A stretch of 64,000 nt of DNA, from the IMG/VR virus record IMGVR_UViG_3300034061_002899; one strand, 5' to 3'. Position numbers and translations under genes: made by a program. Source of the stretch: a virus. The notes beneath the pieces were generated by a model. It saw only the letters and a list, made by a program, of their open reading frames with translations. It was not told the DNA's origin and did not search any database. Of the stretch, positions 9,499 to 19,592 are shown piece by piece (position 1 is the first letter of the stretch; each line of letters starts with the position of its first letter).

Positions 9499-10032
9499 TT
9501 ACTCAAGTGTTCCGTTGACACGATGTTTGTCCACAACCTCTTGCAAAATAATCTCTATCATATTATTTAGTGTGATATCACGTTTATGTGCTTCCATGGC
9601 AAGTTGCAAAATAGTATCATTGTCGAGGTCTACCGGTAATTGAATACGAGTATCCCAATAGTCACCATTGAACATTGCTTTTGATTTCTCTAGGAAGTCT
9701 TCATCTGTTTCCAACTCAATCCACTTCACATCATCCCATGCTTGATTGGGTTTGACATTGCGTTCTTTTGCTTCATTGAGATAAGCATCTTTGAATTCAT
9801 TATTAGTCCAACGATATGGTTTGTCATATCGGTCATCATCGGGCCATACCCCCGACTTAATAGATGCGTCTGCTTGATATACAGTTTGGTCTACTGTACT
9901 ATACAATATTGAAACGTGGGCGTATTCACTTTCATAATCTAGGAATCGTGCGTTTGGAAAACAGTTCCAATGATATTCAGACCCACCGGTGATTTGGTGA
10001 TTCATTGCTTCATTTATCTTGCTTAGATGCAT
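9499..10032 (-). CDS. Hypothetical phage protein
   Basis: 177 aa, coupled ORF; C-terminal AH..DITLN motif. Confidence 0.75.
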   Translation of the reverse strand: MHLSKINEAMNHQITGGSEYHWNCFPNARFLDYESEYAHVSILYSTVDQTVYQADASIKSGVWPDDDRYDKPYRWTNNEFKDAYLNEAKERNVKPNQAWDDVKWIELETDEDFLEKSKAMFNGDYWDTRIQLPVDLDNDTILQLAMEAHKRDITLNNMIEIILQEVVDKHRVNGTLE

Positions 10033-10216
10033 TTTTTAACTCCATAAGAGGTTCAATGTTGTTAGTATAAATCTGTTCCATTGTTTTGTAAAGCATTTTG
10101 GCATCTTCTTCTGTCATGCCGGCTGTCCAAGATGGTTCATCTTTGGTTTTTCTCAATCCATAATCATGCCTATATGTCATACACATGTCATGGATTGTTT
10201 TTTCTTTATCGTTCAT
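10010..10216 (-). CDS. Hypothetical protein
   Basis: 68 aa, MC.T.RHDYGL motif. Confidence 0.7.
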   Translation of the reverse strand: MNDKEKTIHDMCMTYRHDYGLRKTKDEPSWTAGMTEEDAKMLYKTMEQIYTNNIEPLMELKNASKQDK

Positions 10217-10498
10217 TTAATCACCGCTATCAATCTGATACCGATCTCCGCAATGTTTGCAAGTATAGCCTGTCAAACATCTTCCATCTGATTGGCTTGT
10301 ATAATTATGTGTACAAGGTACACCATCACTATTTAATCTTACTTGACCTCTAGGAGATCCATACATATACTGTCCACCACAATTATGACAATTACGGTGT
10401 GTTTTATTGTTATTCCAAGAATAACTTTTTTCGGTGTCAGTCAATTCAACTTGACAAGTCCCGTTACATACAGGACACAATCCATATCCGTCTCTCAT
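10217..10498 (-). CDS. Zinc-finger protein
   Basis: Three CxxC pairs; start ATG 10498 behind AAGGAG. Confidence 0.7.
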   Translation of the reverse strand: MRDGYGLCPVCNGTCQVELTDTEKSYSWNNNKTHRNCHNCGGQYMYGSPRGQVRLNSDGVPCTHNYTSQSDGRCLTGYTCKHCGDRYQIDSGD

Positions 10499-10508
10499 AC
10501 TATACTCC

Positions 10509-10736
10509 TTAACTATAAGCCTTAACAAGACCTATTAAACATGTTACGATTGCTACTGCATTAACTATAAACTGTGGTCTATTTTTAACACGAATAGTCC
10601 ATGTCATAAATGCAATTGTACCTAATGTGAATGCTACAATGTTGTAGGGATACGCATCCGGACCAATTGAATTACAAACGTGACCAATGATAATGAATAC
10701 TGCTCCGACCCATTGTAGGCTATCATTCAATTTCAT
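10509..10736 (-). CDS. Small membrane protein
   Basis: Three TM segments from MKLNDSLQW. Confidence 0.65.
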   Translation of the reverse strand: MKLNDSLQWVGAVFIIIGHVCNSIGPDAYPYNIVAFTLGTIAFMTWTIRVKNRPQFIVNAVAIVTCLIGLVKAYS

Positions 10737-10820
10737 TAGAATACATCTTTCAAAATAATTGCTAGACCCATCACAATGACGGGCAACATTACGATACACA
10801 AATTAATATATGCTTGCATT

Positions 10821-11045
10821 TTACAGTCCTACACTTTTCTTAATTACATAACGGGCGATCTTTTCATCAAAGTACATACGAACACCATCTTTGACAGGAT
10901 CCTCAACTACAATCTCACCTAGCTCAGTAGCGAGGGCTTTTGTAAATTTAAGCAAAATACTGTATGTATCCTCAGATTGGTTTAACGGATCACGGTCCAG
11001 AATTTGTACTGTATCGTTAATTAATTTTTCAATTTGTTCGTTCAT
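10821..11045 (-). CDS. Hypothetical protein
   Basis: 74 aa, TAATG-coupled to the upstream ORF. Confidence 0.65.
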   Translation of the reverse strand: MNEQIEKLINDTVQILDRDPLNQSEDTYSILLKFTKALATELGEIVVEDPVKDGVRMYFDEKIARYVIKKSVGL

Positions 11046-11383
11046 TACTTTACTCCAAATGTGTTCAATGCTGGTTGCATTGTGTTGATTAATTCTGTCT
11101 CACGTGCATGAGCAGGACGTTTGCCTCGAACAACCTCTAAGGTTCCAAATACAAAACGCTCGGCACCACGTTCACGCAACGCACGACTCAGACCCCAGTT
11201 TTTGTTTTCTGCTAAGGCACGTTGCATGTGTTTTTGCATACGACGGCGCAATGTGCAAAAAACATTACCTTTGAATGACAAAGCGGTAAGACCGACATAG
11301 TACTCAAGTGTCTCTACATCCTGAATGTAGTATATAACTTGATTGCGGTCTGTTCTGCGTTTGCGGGTGATTTTCGAGTTCAT
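11045..11383 (-). CDS. GIY-YIG-like nuclease domain protein
   Basis: VIY.I......YVGLT...R...H...E..LI....P.LN motif. Confidence 0.6.
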   Translation of the reverse strand: MNSKITRKRRTDRNQVIYYIQDVETLEYYVGLTALSFKGNVFCTLRRRMQKHMQRALAENKNWGLSRALRERGAERFVFGTLEVVRGKRPAHARETELINTMQPALNTFGVK

Positions 11384-11389
11384 AGATGA

Positions 11390-11418
11390 ATTGTACACTA
11401 AAGCCCATTTATTGTCAA
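11390..11418 (-). promoter_or_regulatory. Sigma70-type early promoter
   Basis: TTGACA-ataaatgggctttagtg-TACAAT. Confidence 0.75.
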
Positions 11419-11569
11419 ATTTTGATTGTCCCGTATGTTAGTTAGTACTAACTTAGGATAATTTCTATAGTTGTGAGTCAGTATAGACCCCGGATAACTC
11501 TATCGATTTTGAAGCACCTAAGGCACAAAAATGAGTACTTTTTAATACAAAATATGTAATACTTGAGTA

Positions 11570-12046
11570 TTACTTTTCTTCAGTTTTAGGGATATCTTTT
11601 TCTACGGGATATTCGTAGTTTGTAGTATCAAGATTTTCACGGAAAACAATAGCACCATTCTTTAAATGAAAACGTCTGGCCATATTAGTTTTTGGACTGA
11701 GAGTTACAAACCTAGTTACACTTGGGTATTGTTCTTGTATCCCTTTAACAGCCTGAAATAATAACTCTTGACCTTTACCACTTTTATAACTCCATATAGT
11801 ATAGAATATAGCAGTAGTTGGTACTTGTGCAGTTTTATCTAAATCTTTAATATCTGCTGGAATAAAATCATGGAAACTAACACATACCATTGCTTCTGGA
11901 TTACTTTCTTCTTGTTCATTATCCGTTAATGCCGCTACCATTCTACCATCACTTACTCTATAATCGGTAGGTATTTCAGGACGAACTGGGTCGTCTTTAA
12001 TAAACTCTAAAAATCTATGTGATATATCTCGGATAAAGTGAAGCAT
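11570..12046 (-). CDS. GNAT-like hypothetical protein
   Basis: DDPVRP, FYTIWSY..GKG..L, VTLSP.T.MA.RFH..NGA motifs. Confidence 0.6.
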   Translation of the reverse strand: MLHFIRDISHRFLEFIKDDPVRPEIPTDYRVSDGRMVAALTDNEQEESNPEAMVCVSFHDFIPADIKDLDKTAQVPTTAIFYTIWSYKSGKGQELLFQAVKGIQEQYPSVTRFVTLSPKTNMARRFHLKNGAIVFRENLDTTNYEYPVEKDIPKTEEK

Positions 12047-12130
12047 GTTAATCTCTGGGTAGTGTTATTCATATTTAGCATTAGTTTTAAAATATGTTAT
12101 TATTTAGCGTTATTTACTAGATTACTAAAT

Positions 12131-13048
12131 ATGCATATGGCAAACATAATTGAGTGGAATGTTGGGTTAGACAACTATAAAAAATGTACTTTGGAAATAG
12201 GAACTCCAAGTAATAAATTTACCACAGAATTACTAGATGTTCCTATTAAAACAGGACGAAGTATTACTGATATATTCAATGACCATTTAGCTAATAGACA
12301 AACCAAATACGTAGAGATATTATACAGTGGTGGATTAGATAGTGAATTGGTATTGCTTTCATGTATTAAAAATAATATACCTGTAATAGTAATGACTTTA
12401 ATTATCAAAGTAGATGGTATGATAATTAATACCCATGATTTATATTATGCTGAAAAATTTTGTAGAGAGCATAATATAACTCATAAACTTATTGAATTAA
12501 ATGCTAATAAGTTTTTTGAAAATGGTATATATTTAGATTATTTGGTCCCGTATTATATTATAGAACCACATGTGGCTACACATTTCTGGTTAATAGAACA
12601 ATGTGATTATTTTCCAATATTGGGAGGTGATTGGCCGTGGGTACATACGCATCTTGAAAATAAAATTGTATCTCCGTCTAGATTGGAATTCTCTAGCTAT
12701 GAACGATTTATGAAAGATAAAGGTATAAATGGAATCGGTAATATGATTGGGTACAGTTTAGAAGCCAGTTGTAAATTTATAAAAATGCACATAGACAATC
12801 ATATTCCCGGTGAAACAACATCTAATTTCAAATCACGAATGTATCAACAAATGTATCCGGAGTTAGAACCCAGAATGAGAAGCTATGGATGGGAACATCA
12901 TAGAAATAAAACAAATTTATTTAATATATTAAATTATAAAATAGAGTTACTAAAAAGAGTTAGACCTAATAGTAGTCAGATTAAGTGGAATAACGTCATC
13001 AAAACACTATTAAATGCATCAGCTAATAAAAATGACAAATTTAGATAA
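12131..13048 (+). CDS. PP-loop (asparagine synthase / adenine nucleotide alpha-hydrolase-like) protein
   Basis: YSGGLDSE motif; TAAATA immediately before ATG 12131. Confidence 0.7.
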   Translation: MHMANIIEWNVGLDNYKKCTLEIGTPSNKFTTELLDVPIKTGRSITDIFNDHLANRQTKYVEILYSGGLDSELVLLSCIKNNIPVIVMTLIIKVDGMIINTHDLYYAEKFCREHNITHKLIELNANKFFENGIYLDYLVPYYIIEPHVATHFWLIEQCDYFPILGGDWPWVHTHLENKIVSPSRLEFSSYERFMKDKGINGIGNMIGYSLEASCKFIKMHIDNHIPGETTSNFKSRMYQQMYPELEPRMRSYGWEHHRNKTNLFNILNYKIELLKRVRPNSSQIKWNNVIKTLLNASANKNDKFR

Positions 13049-13616
13049 TTTTAATACCTATGAATCATTCTCACATGGATTAGTAACTAGTAAAATATGG
13101 TTATGTGAGCAATTAGAAAAAGTATTAGGTGACAGAGAATCTGCTACTATTAATATATTAGGGTGCTGGGATAATCTATTAGCATTCATGTTGGTAGTAA
13201 GAAAACCAACTTACTACAAAGAATTACATGGCTATGATATAGATCCTAAATCCATTGCAGTCGCAAATAAAATATGCGATGCTTGGTTATTTGAAGCTAC
13301 TAAAATTTACAACCATGTAGCAGATGCCAACTCTATACATTTTGTTGACAACACCCATGTGTTTATCAATTGTAGTGTGGATCAGTTTAAATCAAATGAA
13401 TGGTTTGATAATATACCAATTGGCAGTCTAGTTTGCATACAATCTAGTGATATGCCAATTGACAATGATAAGTGGGAAATAACTCAAAGTGTTGGTTCAC
13501 TTACTGAATTAGAAGAAAGATATAAAATGTCTAAAGTGTTATATAAAGGGGATTTTTATATTGACTATGGTACTTGGGGTTATACTAGATTTATGCTTAT
13601 TGGTATAAAAAAATAG
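13032..13616 (+). CDS. Class I SAM-dependent methyltransferase-like protein
   Basis: SK.WL...ILGCW...YDIDP...INCS motifs. Confidence 0.65.
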   Translation: MTNLDNFNTYESFSHGLVTSKIWLCEQLEKVLGDRESATINILGCWDNLLAFMLVVRKPTYYKELHGYDIDPKSIAVANKICDAWLFEATKIYNHVADANSIHFVDNTHVFINCSVDQFKSNEWFDNIPIGSLVCIQSSDMPIDNDKWEITQSVGSLTELEERYKMSKVLYKGDFYIDYGTWGYTRFMLIGIKK

Positions 13617-13635
13617 GGACCGAAGTCCCTATTTT
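13610..13635. terminator. Bidirectional intrinsic terminator
   Basis: AAAATAGGGAC-CGAA-GTCCCTATTTT between convergent genes. Confidence 0.85.
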
Positions 13636-14218
13636 AACTCGGTGCATAGACCTCTTCATGGCTCTTCATTCCAACTGAGCCACCTTCATCTTTGATTCGT
13701 TTGATAACATCCTCAAATAAGATTGGTCTATAATCGGTATGTTCAACACATACACAATGATAGCGAGTATCCAGTAATTCTTCATCACTAAATAAATCCC
13801 TATACATTACACGATTTGCATGTAAGTGACCGTGAATGTTAGTTCCGAAACGACCTAACGATTCAGGATGAATTGGAATGTGACTTAATATCATTCCGTT
13901 CATCACATGATAAGCACGTAACTCACGGAAGTACAATCTATACTCATCATCACGGAATATGTCATGGTTACCGCGAATCAATACTTTGTCACCGTTTAAG
14001 CGACTCATAATCTTTAATGCTTTACGATTGATAACAACATCACCTAAGTGATATACTTTATCGTTTGGTCTAACTGTTTCGTTCCAACGCTTAACCATTT
14101 CCTCGTTCATTTCATCTGGATCAGTCCATGGTCGCATCTTTGAACCATCTTTGTTTGTAAAGTGACACACTCCGGTATGTCCAAAGTGGGTATCACTAGT
14201 TAAAAATACTGCTGGCAT
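13634..14218 (-). CDS. Calcineurin-like metallophosphoesterase
   Basis: SDTHFGH, LGD, GNHD, SH, HGH.H motifs. Confidence 0.9.
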   Translation of the reverse strand: MPAVFLTSDTHFGHTGVCHFTNKDGSKMRPWTDPDEMNEEMVKRWNETVRPNDKVYHLGDVVINRKALKIMSRLNGDKVLIRGNHDIFRDDEYRLYFRELRAYHVMNGMILSHIPIHPESLGRFGTNIHGHLHANRVMYRDLFSDEELLDTRYHCVCVEHTDYRPILFEDVIKRIKDEGGSVGMKSHEEVYAPS

Positions 14219-14227
14219 ATTATATTC

Positions 14228-14662
14228 CTATTCAAACAACTTTCTAGCTGCCTTAATTTTATCAATTGTTACTTTATGTGATATCACTCTTTTATTTTGA
14301 TGTAGATAATTATAATGAATTCTTCCATTCTTTGTAAAATAACAAAAATCTTCTACAAATAATTTTCCAGAAAAATTTTTTATACCAGAGTCTTCAACAA
14401 TAATCATGTTCTCATTACTAAGTAATCGTTCAGCCTGGTCCCAACTTATTTCTCCCCAATCAGACCCTTCCTTGTGACATTTAATTTCATAAGAATTAAT
14501 TCTATCCTTTGTTAATGTAATAAGGTCACTGTTTTTATATATTGAATTTTTTCCAAATTTAACAGAAAACTCTTTATATGATCCTGCCCAATCTACTTTT
14601 TTGTTTTCTGTTAAAAACTCTACTGCTCGCTGATGACGCTCATATTTTTGACCGCTGGGCAT
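14228..14662 (-). CDS. Hypothetical protein
   Basis: Likely start ATG 14662 (MPSGQKY), coupled to the upstream stop. Confidence 0.6.
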   Translation of the reverse strand: MPSGQKYERHQRAVEFLTENKKVDWAGSYKEFSVKFGKNSIYKNSDLITLTKDRINSYEIKCHKEGSDWGEISWDQAERLLSNENMIIVEDSGIKNFSGKLFVEDFCYFTKNGRIHYNYLHQNKRVISHKVTIDKIKAARKLFE

Positions 14663-14889
14663 TATACCCTCTCTTTCTTTACTCGGCCGATGCGTGACGC
14701 CTTGTTCCAATCGTATGCAACACCATCTGGACATAGACCGGCTACAACACTATCTACACCAAACTTGCCACAGACTTCAAAGTCTATACCTTTGATGGAT
14801 ACAAACTCATTCATCTTCTTTGCCAAGAACATTGCATCATCTAATGAATATACTTCATATTCTGCATTCTTGCCTATTACTTTAATCAT
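14662..14889 (-). CDS. Hypothetical protein
   Basis: 75 aa, AAGGA SD. Confidence 0.65.
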   Translation of the reverse strand: MIKVIGKNAEYEVYSLDDAMFLAKKMNEFVSIKGIDFEVCGKFGVDSVVAGLCPDGVAYDWNKASRIGRVKKERV

Positions 14890-14898
14890 ATTAATCCT

Positions 14899-15207
14899 TT
14901 ACGCTGTAAACCAACCTACTTCGTCTTTCAATTCAACAGATTCGGCACCATCATATTCATTTATTCTGAATTCAGTGCCTACTGGTATCCATTGAATTTC
15001 CAAATCCATCATACCACCTTTGAAAACTTCGGGGTATTTTAGTTCCATATATGTCTCTAGTTCATCAAACTTTTCTTGTTCAACTAACTTAACAATAGCC
15101 GGGCTGAAAATTAATTCAGGGAATTGTTGATTCCAAGTATACCAGCCGGAGCCAAAGCCCGGGCTATACAATACTGCTACTTTGTCGTTAACAATAACTT
15201 TGTCCAT
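14899..15207 (-). CDS. Hypothetical phage protein
   Basis: VAVLYSPGFG.GW..W and F.I.EYDG.E motifs; promoter upstream. Confidence 0.75.
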   Translation of the reverse strand: MDKVIVNDKVAVLYSPGFGSGWYTWNQQFPELIFSPAIVKLVEQEKFDELETYMELKYPEVFKGGMMDLEIQWIPVGTEFRINEYDGAESVELKDEVGWFTA

Positions 15208-15227
15208 AATTATTCCTTAATATGTGT

Positions 15228-15256
15228 ATTATATACGATTCGGGAATAACTGTCAA
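15228..15256 (-). promoter_or_regulatory. Sigma70-type promoter
   Basis: TTGACA-17 bp-TATAAT. Confidence 0.8.
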
Positions 15257-16030
15257 CTACAATTTAGCCAGTATACTGCTAGTAGTATAGTCTTCCTTAC
15301 TGATTGCATGTTGTTTTAAAAGTGTTAACTTTTGTTCTAATGGCAAAAGTCCCCATTCTCTTTGTACTTTTGGATTATCTACATCAAAATAATTTTCGGG
15401 ATTAGGAATACTTTCAAATGCTGTTGGTCTAACAATAGAATCATAAACCCAATCCATAACGGCAGTCTGTATGCCAAAATCAGTAGCAAGTTTTAATATT
15501 TGTGACTGGCATCCAATTTCATCCCGATATGCGTGGCGGATACTCATTCTATTATGTACATCACTAGTGGACATCATAAAGTGGTCTTCAATACCGATAT
15601 GTTTATTTCCATCAGGGCCGTGTTGATATTCGTAACGGGTAACATATAACGTATTAGGTTCTGGTGGTAATACACTCTTATCTTTTCGTCTAGCATAGAT
15701 AATATCAGGTCTTGTATCAAATACTGCATCATATACTATCTCACGTTCACGTTGTTTTTTATAGGGAATGATTGAATAATTTAAGTGACTTGGTCCAAGC
15801 CAAGAAGTATAGTGAAAGGGGTCAATAAAAACAGGTAAAAACTTAATTAGTTTTTGATTATTATCTATAAAGCTGTCAGTTATTCTTTTTGTGGGCATAT
15901 TCTCAAGTTGCCAAGTAACAAAATAATACTCAACGTTCTCTGCTATTGATTCGTAAAACTTGAAAGCGGCTTTATGATTATAGTCCCATGTTCTATAATG
16001 ACCTCTTAAAATTACAGCAATATTTTTCAC
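15257..16030 (-). CDS. Putative glycosyltransferase-like protein
   Basis: IAV.LRGH.R, YD.V...RPD motifs. Confidence 0.5.
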   Translation of the reverse strand: MKNIAVILRGHYRTWDYNHKAAFKFYESIAENVEYYFVTWQLENMPTKRITDSFIDNNQKLIKFLPVFIDPFHYTSWLGPSHLNYSIIPYKKQREREIVYDAVFDTRPDIIYARRKDKSVLPPEPNTLYVTRYEYQHGPDGNKHIGIEDHFMMSTSDVHNRMSIRHAYRDEIGCQSQILKLATDFGIQTAVMDWVYDSIVRPTAFESIPNPENYFDVDNPKVQREWGLLPLEQKLTLLKQHAISKEDYTTSSILAKL

Positions 16031-16866
16031 AGTAAATTATGTTCAACACAGTATTTGTACATATATTCAGCCCACAATTTGTGACCATAACTGTTAGGAT
16101 GGAACACTTCAAATACTTTTTCATAGTCGTTATTTACTTGTGAAAGAAGATAGTGGTGCATTGTACCTTGTTCTTTACTATCTTTGTTAATAAATTTAAC
16201 TTTGTCAATGCTTTCCCATATTTTTTTAATTCCTAATTCAGTAGTATGAATTTTTTCTGTATATTTTTTATCATCCCATTGGTAAATCATTTGTTGGTAA
16301 TGATGATAAAATGCCTGATGCATTACATATTTTATATTAAGTTGTTTTAACATCATTTCAGTATGCCAAACAGTTGTAACCCATCTAAGTAAAAATTCTT
16401 CTTCACAATAAAAATGTTCAAAGTATAAACGCATCAGTTGATTTATATCATCATTTTTGCAATCGTAATCTAAAGCCCAAGGCCCAAATTCTTGCCATCG
16501 AATACCTTGAGGGTTGTCTTTGTAATAAAACTCAGTTCTTTCTGGACTTGTCCAACCAATAGTAATGAATAAATCACTAGTGTCTCTACCAGAAGTATAT
16601 CCCTCAATACTTAGCCATTCAAGTAGTGTACGTGATATAGCGTCATTACTGTATGCACATTTACTTAAATCAACAATTTCTGTTGCATTTATTGATTTGG
16701 CAAATATATTGAGATATTTGTGTTTTAATCTAAATGCTTCGTTCACTGGTTTAAGATGTAGGTGATGGGCATCGATACCTAATTTCATTATTGGAATAGG
16801 TTCCTCTATTGGATCAACTAACTCTGACCCCCAACACCAACTATCACCGCATCCAATTAGTCGCAT
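16027..16866 (-). CDS. SGNH hydrolase-like protein
   Basis: GDSW near the N-terminus, SND, GWT...R, HPN..GH..WA at the C-terminus. Confidence 0.65.
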   Translation of the reverse strand: MRLIGCGDSWCWGSELVDPIEEPIPIMKLGIDAHHLHLKPVNEAFRLKHKYLNIFAKSINATEIVDLSKCAYSNDAISRTLLEWLSIEGYTSGRDTSDLFITIGWTSPERTEFYYKDNPQGIRWQEFGPWALDYDCKNDDINQLMRLYFEHFYCEEEFLLRWVTTVWHTEMMLKQLNIKYVMHQAFYHHYQQMIYQWDDKKYTEKIHTTELGIKKIWESIDKVKFINKDSKEQGTMHHYLLSQVNNDYEKVFEVFHPNSYGHKLWAEYMYKYCVEHNLL

Positions 16867-17315
16867 CTTATTTCCTTTATTTTATTTATATAGTCGCTAC
16901 ATATAGCCATGCATTCTACATTTAATACATTGTTTAATGTATTGTCTATATACTCCGGCATGACCATAATACTGTTCCGTGTCAGTGGCTTACCGGGTTG
17001 TGTCCATATGTCACCTTGACTAGTTAACACACAACTATCACTTTCATGCCAAAAGAAATTTAGTATTCTGTTTGCACCCATGACATATAGTGCATCTAAA
17101 TTCTTTGCATGTAACCATAAATTAGGTTGTTCTATAAATTCATATGACACTTCATAGTCAGGATGGTCATGTCCTAGAAACCACTTATCATCTACATACC
17201 ACACATCTACTTCACAATGATAGCCTTTACTTAATGCTAATTCAATTTGCTGTGGTCTGTTCTCTAAATTAACATCAGGACCATTAAACAATCCCCTATG
17301 TGCAATGTATATCAT
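16857..17315 (-). CDS. Glycerophosphodiester phosphodiesterase-like protein
   Basis: IAHRG...EN...EVDVW...LGHD. Confidence 0.75.
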   Translation of the reverse strand: MIYIAHRGLFNGPDVNLENRPQQIELALSKGYHCEVDVWYVDDKWFLGHDHPDYEVSYEFIEQPNLWLHAKNLDALYVMGANRILNFFWHESDSCVLTSQGDIWTQPGKPLTRNSIMVMPEYIDNTLNNVLNVECMAICSDYINKIKEIRCD

Positions 17316-18013
17316 AATGTTTTTAGTATTTCCCAAGTTTCTTTATAACCATTGTCAATTTGAAAATATTTATTAACCTTATTAATAGTCATGGGATAAT
17401 CTATTCCATCAGTAAAACATTTATCCCCGAAAAAATATGAATCAGTTAAATCATAATCAATCATCAAAAGACCCGTACAGCTACCCTTGTTGGCGCCACG
17501 TAAACAAATATCAATACTTGTATTACCTCCTAGATATGCTTCAAATCTAGGAAATTGTTCTACAAATTTAGTAGCTAGTAACTTACGCTCGTTGTGCTTT
17601 CTATCCCATTCAATATATTTATTACGGTCATCAATTGTTGCATTTCTTCCCACCACTGAAACATTCAAACTACCTGTTCGTTGTTCTATGTGGTTACCTG
17701 TTTTAGTGGTATATGGGCTTTCTTGTATATAACTATTAAGCCAATATAATTCTTCGGGTCTTAATGTAAATTGATTTAATTTATATTCTCTACCTTCAAT
17801 GAATACATGATTACCCATACAATGAAACTGTATTTTTGCATTGTTAAGTATTTCTGATCCTATTTGGTTTATGGTAGAATGTCTTTCACCACCGGTAAGT
17901 ATGACATATTTTTTATTTTTACTCCATTCAAGAAACCATGCATGAAAATCTGGATCAATTTTTTGACCAGTATCACATAATACGCCATCAACATCAAATA
18001 TCCAAGTTGTCAT
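17312..18013 (-). CDS. HAD-IIB phosphomannomutase-like hydrolase
   Basis: FDVDG.L, TG, IE.R, SIDI, FFGDK...GIDY. Confidence 0.8.
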   Translation of the reverse strand: MTTWIFDVDGVLCDTGQKIDPDFHAWFLEWSKNKKYVILTGGERHSTINQIGSEILNNAKIQFHCMGNHVFIEGREYKLNQFTLRPEELYWLNSYIQESPYTTKTGNHIEQRTGSLNVSVVGRNATIDDRNKYIEWDRKHNERKLLATKFVEQFPRFEAYLGGNTSIDICLRGANKGSCTGLLMIDYDLTDSYFFGDKCFTDGIDYPMTINKVNKYFQIDNGYKETWEILKTL

Positions 18014-18330
18014 ACTATATATTTGTCTCCCGGTATACTAGGTGTTTTAACACATACCACAGTGCAGTCTTCCAAAAATATAGGATCTGCAATTTCGTTT
18101 GTTTCTACGATGAATGTATCACCTGCATTTAACTCTACTCCGCACATTGTCATTTTGCCTGATATTAACACATTATATTCTGTGATTAGTTTATGATAGT
18201 GTGCGCCGTATACTTCACCTTTAGGATGCACTCTAACACACACTTCAAAATCTTTTGTGCGTAATAAACTTTTGTCAAAGTCTCCGATGATCCAACCACG
18301 GTCGTGGTCAGATAGTTTACCTACTATCAT
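18010..18330 (-). CDS. Cupin domain protein
   Basis: GW..GDF, HYHK...E motif. Confidence 0.75.
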   Translation of the reverse strand: MIVGKLSDHDRGWIIGDFDKSLLRTKDFEVCVRVHPKGEVYGAHYHKLITEYNVLISGKMTMCGVELNAGDTFIVETNEIADPIFLEDCTVVCVKTPSIPGDKYIV

Positions 18331-19024
18331 ATAAATACTTCTCCAAATCTTCGGGAGTGCCTACCGGGTAAAATTCTGAATTTTGTATTCTGCATACTCC
18401 AATATCCATCCCCTCTTTTACTAGATAATTGTATGTAGGTGCTATGTAATATTCACCATTCGCTGATTTTTTACCATCGTTTATCATACGTTTTGCTGAT
18501 TCAAAAAAATATTTTGCATGTTTCCAATAGTGTATGCCGGTTAGTGCATGTTTGCTAATCACTTCCTTTTCAACAAATTGTATTGCAAAGCCATCTTCTA
18601 TTCTTACATAACTATGTTTTGGATCATTATCAGTTATTGTAACTACTGCCCCGTCATATGTTCTCATGTCAGAAATTACATCATATGCATTCCAATTCAT
18701 TATTTGATCACAATTTGCAATAATTAATTCATCATCTTTATTAATATAGTCTTCCATAATTAATGCGGATGCGGCAGCTCCATTGGGAGTATAATTAACT
18801 GAAACAATGTTTGGATCAGGACAGATGCTGTAAATTGCACCTATTGTTTGTTGCATGAATTCATTATTGCGAATAACAAAATGATACTTACCAGTAATCC
18901 CTAAACTTTCGATTGCTCTTACAATCATAGGCTTATCATTTATTGATATTAAGGGTTTAGGTAAACTGTGGGTATTTTTAAATCTACTACCTTCACCTGC
19001 CAATGGAATTAAAATATTAAGCAT
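18317..19024 (-). CDS. Sugar-phosphate nucleotidyltransferase
   Basis: AGEGSRF...PKPLI, NCDQ, EK, GEYY, GTPEDL. Confidence 0.85.
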   Translation of the reverse strand: MLNILIPLAGEGSRFKNTHSLPKPLISINDKPMIVRAIESLGITGKYHFVIRNNEFMQQTIGAIYSICPDPNIVSVNYTPNGAAASALIMEDYINKDDELIIANCDQIMNWNAYDVISDMRTYDGAVVTITDNDPKHSYVRIEDGFAIQFVEKEVISKHALTGIHYWKHAKYFFESAKRMINDGKKSANGEYYIAPTYNYLVKEGMDIGVCRIQNSEFYPVGTPEDLEKYLYDSR

Positions 19025-19120
19025 ACAACATATTTATATACAATATGATGTATTAAAATTTTGAGTAAATTACCATTCTGGATGGTTTGGCAGGCATCTA
19101 ATGATGCCCGCTATTATAGT

Positions 19121-19333
19121 TTATCGAATACGTCTTAAATAGTCTCTGCCAACAAGACCCTTTTCAATTTCCATCAATGCTGTAACTGTAGGACCTGCTT
19201 TAGTATTAAGTGTAGAACGATGTCCTCGCTTTAATTCTCTTACACGCTGTGCGGCAATGAGTACTAAATCAAACCGATTTCCAACTGCGTTGGCGGCTTC
19301 TTCACTTGTATAACGTGCTCTTGATTCTGTCAT
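19121..19333 (-). CDS. rpoZ: RNA polymerase omega subunit homolog
   Basis: AR.TSE.A...GNRFDLVLIAAQR.REL..G...P.VTAL.EI..G matches proteobacterial RpoZ. Confidence 0.9.
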   Translation of the reverse strand: MTESRARYTSEEAANAVGNRFDLVLIAAQRVRELKRGHRSTLNTKAGPTVTALMEIEKGLVGRDYLRRIR

Positions 19334-19358
19334 AGTTTCTTTCTTTGGTTGTAAAAAA

Positions 19359-19434
19359 TGGAGCGGGATAAGAGGCTCGAACTCTCGACCTATACCTTGG
19401 CAAGGTATCGCTCTACCAACTGAGCTAATCCCGC
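19359..19434 (-). tRNA. tRNA-Gly(GCC)
   Basis: Cloverleaf, GCC anticodon, TTCGA T-loop, encoded CCA. Confidence 0.95.
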
Positions 19435-19436
19435 AT

Positions 19437-19586
19437 TTAACTTGGTATCATTTTTGGCATATAAGGAACTGCTCTAGGTCCATGACGTTGTTGTAATAGC
19501 ATACGTGCTTCTTCAGCATTGTTTGCTCCTACTCTGTCTGTGAACTCTTTACCGTTCACTCTTACTGTTGCTTCAAATAATTTCAT
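19437..19586 (-). CDS. Small hypothetical protein
   Basis: MKLFEATVRVNGKEFTDRVGANNAEEARMLLQQRHG; start moved out of the tRNA. Confidence 0.65.
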   Translation of the reverse strand: MKLFEATVRVNGKEFTDRVGANNAEEARMLLQQRHGPRAVPYMPKMIPS

Positions 19587-19592
19587 AATGAT

